A stretch of 44,959 nucleotides of DNA from Bacillota bacterium (lineage in GTDB: Bacteria; Bacillota; JACPQU01). Location: assembly GCA_016190305.1 (NCBI GenBank), contig JACPQU010000121.1, positions 1 to 44,959 on the forward strand, given 5' to 3'. Below, piece by piece: positions 41,145 to 44,959 of this stretch; position 1 is the stretch's first letter; each line of letters begins with the position of its first letter. A program made the translations under genes and the position numbers. Below the pieces are notes generated by a model. That model was not told the DNA's origin, searched no databases, and saw only the letters and a program-made list of their open reading frames with translations.

Positions 41145-42776
41145 CTACCGATCCTCGGCGAGCCAGGTCTTGATCAGGTTGGCGACCTGGCCCGGCTTCT
41201 CCCGGGCCACCTCCTGGAGATTCTGCCGGAGGCGAAGGCGGCCGGCCTCGCCGGATGCCGCGGTCAGCGGGAAGGGGATCAACTCGCCCCCGCCGCCCTT
41301 CATCCCGCCCGCATCCCCGGCGGCCCCCGCCGCGGCGCGGCGGCCGCGCCGCCGGAGCAGCAGCACAATCGCCGCAACGGCGGCGAGCAGGGCGCCCGAA
41401 CCAGCAGCGCCCCAGGCCAGGATGCGCCGGCGTGCATCCGCCGCTTCACGACGGGCGAGGTCATCCTTCATGACCTCGGCAAGATCGGAGTTGAAGGGGA
41501 GGGAGGTCACCGTCACCACGTCGTCCCGCTTCGGGTCGAATCCGATCGCCGCCGAAACCAATGCCATCAAGGAGCTCTCTTCCTCCGGGGAGAGGGGCTT
41601 GTTCACCGCCACGGCCACCGTCAGACGCCTGGTGCTTCCGGGGGCGACCAGGATCTTCTCCCGAACCTGGTTGACCTCGTAGTTGTTAACCTTCTCCACT
41701 TTTTCCCAGTTGGACGGCTCGCCGCCGTTCAGCATCCCGGCCCCGCCCGCAGCCCCAGGCTCGGCATCGGTTCCGGCATTGGCCCAGGTTCCAGGGATCC
41801 CGCCGACGCTGCCCCCGGGCAGGCCGCGGTAGGCCTCCTTATACTCGCGGGTGCTCCTGAGGATCCCCTCTGTTCCGCCGTCGCCTGGCTCGTAGGTGAC
41901 CCGTTCGATCTCCTTCAGCTCCGGGTCGAGCTCGGCGCTGACCCGGGTGGAGACGTTACCCGGTCCCACCACCTGCTCCAGCAGCGTCTGGAGCCTGGAC
42001 TCGAGCCGGTTTTCGAATTCCAGGTTGAGCGCCAGCCAGGCCTGGGATCCCCTCGCCCCTCCGGCCCCGATACCGGCGGAAGCGGTGCCGGTGTCGACCC
42101 CCGCGAACAGATCCGAATCCCCCGCCAGGACCCGGCCCCGGGAGTCGACCACCGTCACACCATCCGCCGACAGCCCCTCCACGCTCCCCGAAACCAGGTG
42201 GACGATCCCCTGGACCTGGTCCGGCTGCAGGAACCCGAAGCCCTTCATCCGCACAAAGACGGACGCCGTCGATGGTTTCCGCTCCCGGACGAATACGGTT
42301 TCTTCCGGCAGGACGATGTGGACCCTGGCCGAATCGACACCGTTGATCTGACCGATGGTGCGCTCCAGTTCACCCTGGAGCGCCCGGACCCGATTCACCC
42401 GACGGTCGAAATCGGTGAGACCGAAGCCGCTCCGATCCAGCAGTTCGTAGCCAGGCCCCCCGTCACGGGGCAGCCCTTCGGCCGCCAGGTTCAGCCGCAC
42501 CTGGTGCACGCGCGCGGAAGCCACCTTGATGCTCCTCCCATCGTCGGCGACGGTGTAGGGGATCCCCGCTCCTTCCAGCCAGACCGCCACCTCTGAGGCA
42601 TCACGCATGTCCAGGTTGGCATAGAGGGTGGCGAGGTCCGGCTCGGCCGCAGCCCGCAGACCCCATACGGCCGCGAACGGAAGGAGCAGGAGGGCGGCGG
42701 CGGCAACCGCGAAGCGCCTTCCGCCATGCCGCTTGATGGACTCCCTGATCCTTTCCAGCACCAGTTCCCAGCTCAA
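41145..42776 (-). CDS. fliF: Flagellar MS-ring protein FliF
   Basis: N-terminal TM helix, then LYANLDMRDASEVAVWLEGAGIPYTVADDGRSIKV...RLNLAAEGLP. A C-terminal TM helix and cytoplasmic tail (VANLIKTWLAED). TTG start. Confidence 0.95.
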   Translation of the reverse strand: MSWELVLERIRESIKRHGGRRFAVAAAALLLLPFAAVWGLRAAAEPDLATLYANLDMRDASEVAVWLEGAGIPYTVADDGRSIKVASARVHQVRLNLAAEGLPRDGGPGYELLDRSGFGLTDFDRRVNRVRALQGELERTIGQINGVDSARVHIVLPEETVFVRERKPSTASVFVRMKGFGFLQPDQVQGIVHLVSGSVEGLSADGVTVVDSRGRVLAGDSDLFAGVDTGTASAGIGAGGARGSQAWLALNLEFENRLESRLQTLLEQVVGPGNVSTRVSAELDPELKEIERVTYEPGDGGTEGILRSTREYKEAYRGLPGGSVGGIPGTWANAGTDAEPGAAGGAGMLNGGEPSNWEKVEKVNNYEVNQVREKILVAPGSTRRLTVAVAVNKPLSPEEESSLMALVSAAIGFDPKRDDVVTVTSLPFNSDLAEVMKDDLARREAADARRRILAWGAAGSGALLAAVAAIVLLLRRRGRRAAAGAAGDAGGMKGGGGELIPFPLTAASGEAGRLRLRQNLQEVAREKPGQVANLIKTWLAEDR

Positions 42777-42914
42777 CCGTCCTCACCCCCGGGCTCCAAA
42801 CCCTGATCCTGCTGCCGTCGCCTCTCCCGGCGCTGCTCACTTATGCGTACGTCTATTTACCCCGTTTCCCATTCCGCCGTGCGCCTTCCCTCGAACTCCC
42901 AGCCCTCACGTCCC

Positions 42915-43292
42915 CTACAGGGGCATCCGCATGATCTCCTGGTAGGCTTCGAGGATCTTGTTCCGGATCTGGAGGGCGAGCTGGAGGGAGAGGTCCGCTT
43001 TCTCAGCCGTCAACACGACCTCGTGCAGATCCTCCACCCTTCCGGAAGCCACCTCCATGGCGCCCTGATCGGCCTTCAACTGCCAATCGTTGACCTCGGC
43101 CAGGGCGTTCTTCAGCACCTCTCCAAAGGATTCCGAACCCCCTTCGATCCTTCCCGAGGGGCGGGTTCCCAGTAAGGGGCTCCCCGTGCCCCACCAGGTG
43201 GAACCGTTCACGCCTGAAACCGCCAAGGTTCGATCGCTCCCCGCGTATGGCCGGATAATGTAAAATCTTAAAAAGTTCAATAAATACCTCAT
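42915..43292 (-). CDS. fliE: Flagellar hook-basal body protein FliE
   Basis: C-terminal FGEVLKNALAEVNDWQLKADQGAMEVASGRVEDLHEVVLTAEKADLSLQLALQIRNKILEAYQEIMRMPL. The first ~22 codons of the track ORF lie in AT-rich sequence with no SD. The TTG at 43226 (GGGGAG 10 nt upstream) is the more likely start. Confidence 0.88.
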   Translation of the reverse strand: MRYLLNFLRFYIIRPYAGSDRTLAVSGVNGSTWWGTGSPLLGTRPSGRIEGGSESFGEVLKNALAEVNDWQLKADQGAMEVASGRVEDLHEVVLTAEKADLSLQLALQIRNKILEAYQEIMRMPL

Positions 43293-43410
43293 TTATCGGC
43301 TCTATCTTTACGATATAATTAGTGAACAGTGGTCACCGGGACGGTGCGGCAAAGCTGGCGAGCTTTGACGCTCGCAACTCCACCGGCACCGTCCACAGAC
43401 CAGACCGAAC

Positions 43411-43860
43411 TCAGGCGCGTCCCATCTCCAGGGTTCGGAGCGCCGTCTCCTTGGCAGTGTTGAAGACGGCGAGGTTGGCCTCGTAGGCCCGGGTCGCGGC
43501 AAGCAGGTCGATCATCTCGGCAACCAGGTCGACGTTGGGCAGAAGGACGTTTCCGTCCGCGCCCGCTTGTGGGTGGCCAGGATCGTAGAGGATTCTAGGG
43601 GGCGATGGATCCCGAACGATGGCGGCGACTTGAACTCCGCCTTCAAAAACAGGCAGAGCCTCCTGTCCACCCGACAGGAGTCTGGCAAAGAGGGAGGTCT
43701 CCTTCCGCGGGGCTAAAATGGGCAGCTGCCGTTGGTAGGGACCTCCTTCTACCGTCCTGGTAGAATCGAGGTTTGCCATGTTATTGGCGACCAGATCCAG
43801 CCTCAGTCTTTGGGCCGCGAGGCCGGAGGCGCTCACGTCCAGAAGTCCGAAGAGGCTCAT
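43411..43860 (-). CDS. flgC: Flagellar basal-body rod protein FlgC
   Basis: SASGLAAQRLRLDLVANNMANLDSTRT..GGPYQRQ and C-terminal NVDLVAEMIDLLAATRAYEANLAVFNTAKE. Confidence 0.96.
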   Translation of the reverse strand: MSLFGLLDVSASGLAAQRLRLDLVANNMANLDSTRTVEGGPYQRQLPILAPRKETSLFARLLSGGQEALPVFEGGVQVAAIVRDPSPPRILYDPGHPQAGADGNVLLPNVDLVAEMIDLLAATRAYEANLAVFNTAKETALRTLEMGRA

Positions 43861-43926
43861 CGATCAGGCCTCCTTTATTTTTGGGAGTCCGGAGCCCGCC
43901 GCGGGGCGGGGCGCGACCCTTGCCCG

Positions 43927-44403
43927 TTAGCGCTTTCCCTCGCTGGCGGCGAGGCGAAGCGCCCCGAGCCGATCTCTCACCTGCCTTGTCAGGGCCTGGT
44001 ACCAGATCAAATCCCTGGCCAGCGCCGTCATTTCCCTTTCCAGGTTCACGTCGTTGCCGTCCCGCCTGGTGCTTGCATCATTTCCGGAGCCCTGCCGGAG
44101 AACCAAGGGCCTGGTTTGGGACCGGGGCTCCTCGCCCCCCATATGGAGAGGATGGGTACCTTCCAGAGAGAGCGCGGCGAACCTTAGATCACCAACCCCA
44201 GCTCGTGTGGAGCGATGGGAAACGGCTTCCGGAGACCGACCGGCTTGTTCAAGACGCTGCCGGAAAGAAACCGTTCGGCTTTTGTACCCCGGGGTCTCAG
44301 CGTTGGCCACGTTGTCGGCGATGGCCTGTCTTTGCAGGGAAGAAACCTTGAGCGAATCCTCCAGGGCTTGCAGGGCCCGGCCCCCCAGAACCTTGTTCAG
44401 CAA
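43927..44403 (-). CDS. flgB: Flagellar basal-body rod protein FlgB
   Basis: LQRQAIADNVANAETPGYKSRTVSF and C-terminal NDVNLEREMTALARDLIWYQALTRQV. TTG start with AGGAGG 7 nt upstream. Confidence 0.93.
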   Translation of the reverse strand: MLNKVLGGRALQALEDSLKVSSLQRQAIADNVANAETPGYKSRTVSFRQRLEQAGRSPEAVSHRSTRAGVGDLRFAALSLEGTHPLHMGGEEPRSQTRPLVLRQGSGNDASTRRDGNDVNLEREMTALARDLIWYQALTRQVRDRLGALRLAASEGKR

Positions 44404-44435
44404 TGGGATCCCTCCTTTCGGTCAAGAATGATGGT

Positions 44436-44478
44436 GGAAACAAATAGGGCCTACCTCATAGTCCCGCCGAGGTAGGCC
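44436..44478 (-). terminator. Intrinsic terminator acting as the riboswitch expression platform in the flgB leader
   Basis: Minus strand GGCCTACCTC-(11 nt loop)-GAGGTAGGCC (arms at 44469-44478 and 44448-44457) followed by CTATTTGTTTCC. It ends about 35 nt before the flgB start, leaving no room for a promoter between them. Confidence 0.7.
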
Positions 44479-44489
44479 TAAAAACCGGC

Positions 44490-44590
44490 TCTTCCGTCGG
44501 TAGCCCGGCCATCCTTACGGATCCGTGGCTTTGCGCCCCCGCCTTTCGACGGGTTTGCCTTTTCGGGAAGCTCCCACAACGTGCTTCAGT
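44490..44590 (-). promoter_or_regulatory. c-di-GMP-I (GEMM-I) riboswitch aptamer
   Basis: Minus strand AAAAGGCAAACC-CGUC-GAAA-GGCG-GGGGCGCAAAGCC-ACGGAUCCGUAAGGAUGGCCG-GGCUACCGACGG. Hallmark GEMM-I blocks are present: GCAAACC, a GNRA-capped hairpin, GGxCGCAAAGCC, and 3' GGGYUACCGAYGG. Compare V. cholerae Vc2 as I recall it: GGGCAAACCAUUCGAAAGAGUGGGACGCAAAGCC...GGGGUUACCGAUGG. Confidence 0.8.
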
Positions 44591-44640
44591 TGGCGTCCGC
44601 TAAAACCGACTCTGCGTCATAGAACAGAGAAGTTAACGTC

Positions 44641-44669
44641 ACTGTAGACTATGTTTTGACAGTTGTCAA
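44641..44669 (-). promoter_or_regulatory. SigmaA-type promoter of the flgB operon
   Basis: Minus strand TTGACA (44669-44664), 17-nt spacer, TACAGT (44646-44641). An A/T-rich tract (AATTTTTTAGAGGAAA) lies upstream. The implied leader is about 230 nt and contains the riboswitch. Confidence 0.6.
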
Positions 44670-44694
44670 CAGTTTCCTCTAAAAAATTCGTCCT

Positions 44695-44723
44695 GGGTTA
44701 CAAAATAGTTCCCGAAGGGAACC
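44695..44723 (-). terminator. Possible intrinsic terminator of the upstream minus-strand gene
   Basis: Minus strand GTTCCC-TTCG-GGGAAC (44723-44708) followed by CTATTTTGTAA. The stem is short (6 bp). Confidence 0.4.
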
Positions 44724-44829
44724 AAGAAATAGTAGTTACTAAACGTGCCGATCCCCCGGATCAAAAATCAAAAAGCAGGTATGAGCAACTTCATTGCAGC
44801 AATCATATCTACTATTTGTTGATCTGAAA

Positions 44830-44959
44830 TTACGCCACGTCAGCGGGCAAAATGGGTTGTAGAACGTCCCAGATCTCGCCCCTACGAATCTTCTGCATCA
44901 AGGTCATCCAAATCAATATTAAGAAAAGCAGTGAGTTCAGGATTATATTCATATTCCCG
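44830..44959 (-). CDS. Possible 3' end, or complete 40-aa small membrane ORF, of an AT-rich gene at the window edge
   Basis: Two minus-strand frames are open from the window edge. One reads (G)NMNIILNSLLFLILIWMTLMQKIRRGEIWDVLQPILPADVA* (stop at 44830-44832), a TM helix followed by basic residues. The other reads REYEYNPELTAFLNIDLDDLDAEDS* (stop at 44882-44884). I cannot decide between them. Confidence 0.3.
   Translation of the reverse strand, partial: GNMNIILNSLLFLILIWMTLMQKIRRGEIWDVLQPILPADVA

Noticed and set aside
1-44959. Mobile elements, prophage, defence systems, tRNA/rRNA
   Set aside because: Every long credible ORF is accounted for by flagellar, glycosyltransferase or hypothetical envelope proteins. 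I saw no transposase, integrase or recombinase motifs, no terminal inverted repeats and no tRNA-like cloverleaves. The AT-rich patches coincide with promoters or leaders rather than insertion boundaries.

Overview
Nearly all of this window (about 3.9-44.4 kb) is a single minus-strand flagellar and motility supercluster. The genome is GC-rich and Gram-positive in type: the gene order is Bacillota/Clostridia-like and there are no L/P-ring genes. In transcription order (right to left) it reads as follows. (1) An intrinsic terminator of an upstream gene, a sigmaA-type promoter, a c-di-GMP-I (GEMM-I) riboswitch with its own terminator, then flgB flgC fliE fliF fliG fliH fliI fliJ fliK flgD, a TIGR02530-like gene and flgE. 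(2) motA motB fliL fliM fliY, a fliO::fliP fusion, fliQ fliR flhB flhA flhF, a PilZ (YcgR/MotI-like) gene, fliA/sigD, a short FapA (DUF342), a basic hypothetical and one rod gene. (3) A sigma-28 promoter, then flgM, a flgN-like gene, flgK and flgL. (4) An AT-rich non-coding island and a sigma-28 promoter, then flagellin. (5) A giant 1855-aa protein with three glycosyltransferase domains plus TPR repeats, then fliD, fliS and a fliT-like gene. The left end holds two unrelated secreted or membrane-anchored hypothetical proteins, divergently arranged. The minus-strand one runs off the window and is missing from the ORF track. Most other ORFs in the track are alternate-frame or antisense shadows of these genes, as expected for GC-rich DNA. 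Five points deserve attention. (a) c-di-GMP control appears at two levels: the leader riboswitch on the main operon and the PilZ protein next to sigD. (b) The switch complex looks unable to dock CheY: FliM and FliY lack the LSQxEIDxLL peptide, FliY lacks clean ExxN motifs, and the window has no che, flhG, flbD, fliW or csrA genes. (c) The tri-glycosyltransferase/TPR megaprotein lies between flagellin and fliD. (d) A perfect 12-bp tandem repeat encodes (AGHQ)n inside FliY. (e) Several unusually long internal spacers carry repeats, palindromes or sigma-28-like boxes. I saw no rRNA, tRNA, CRISPR array, transposase or integrase. All calls come from reading the sequence and from remembered family motifs; no searches were run.
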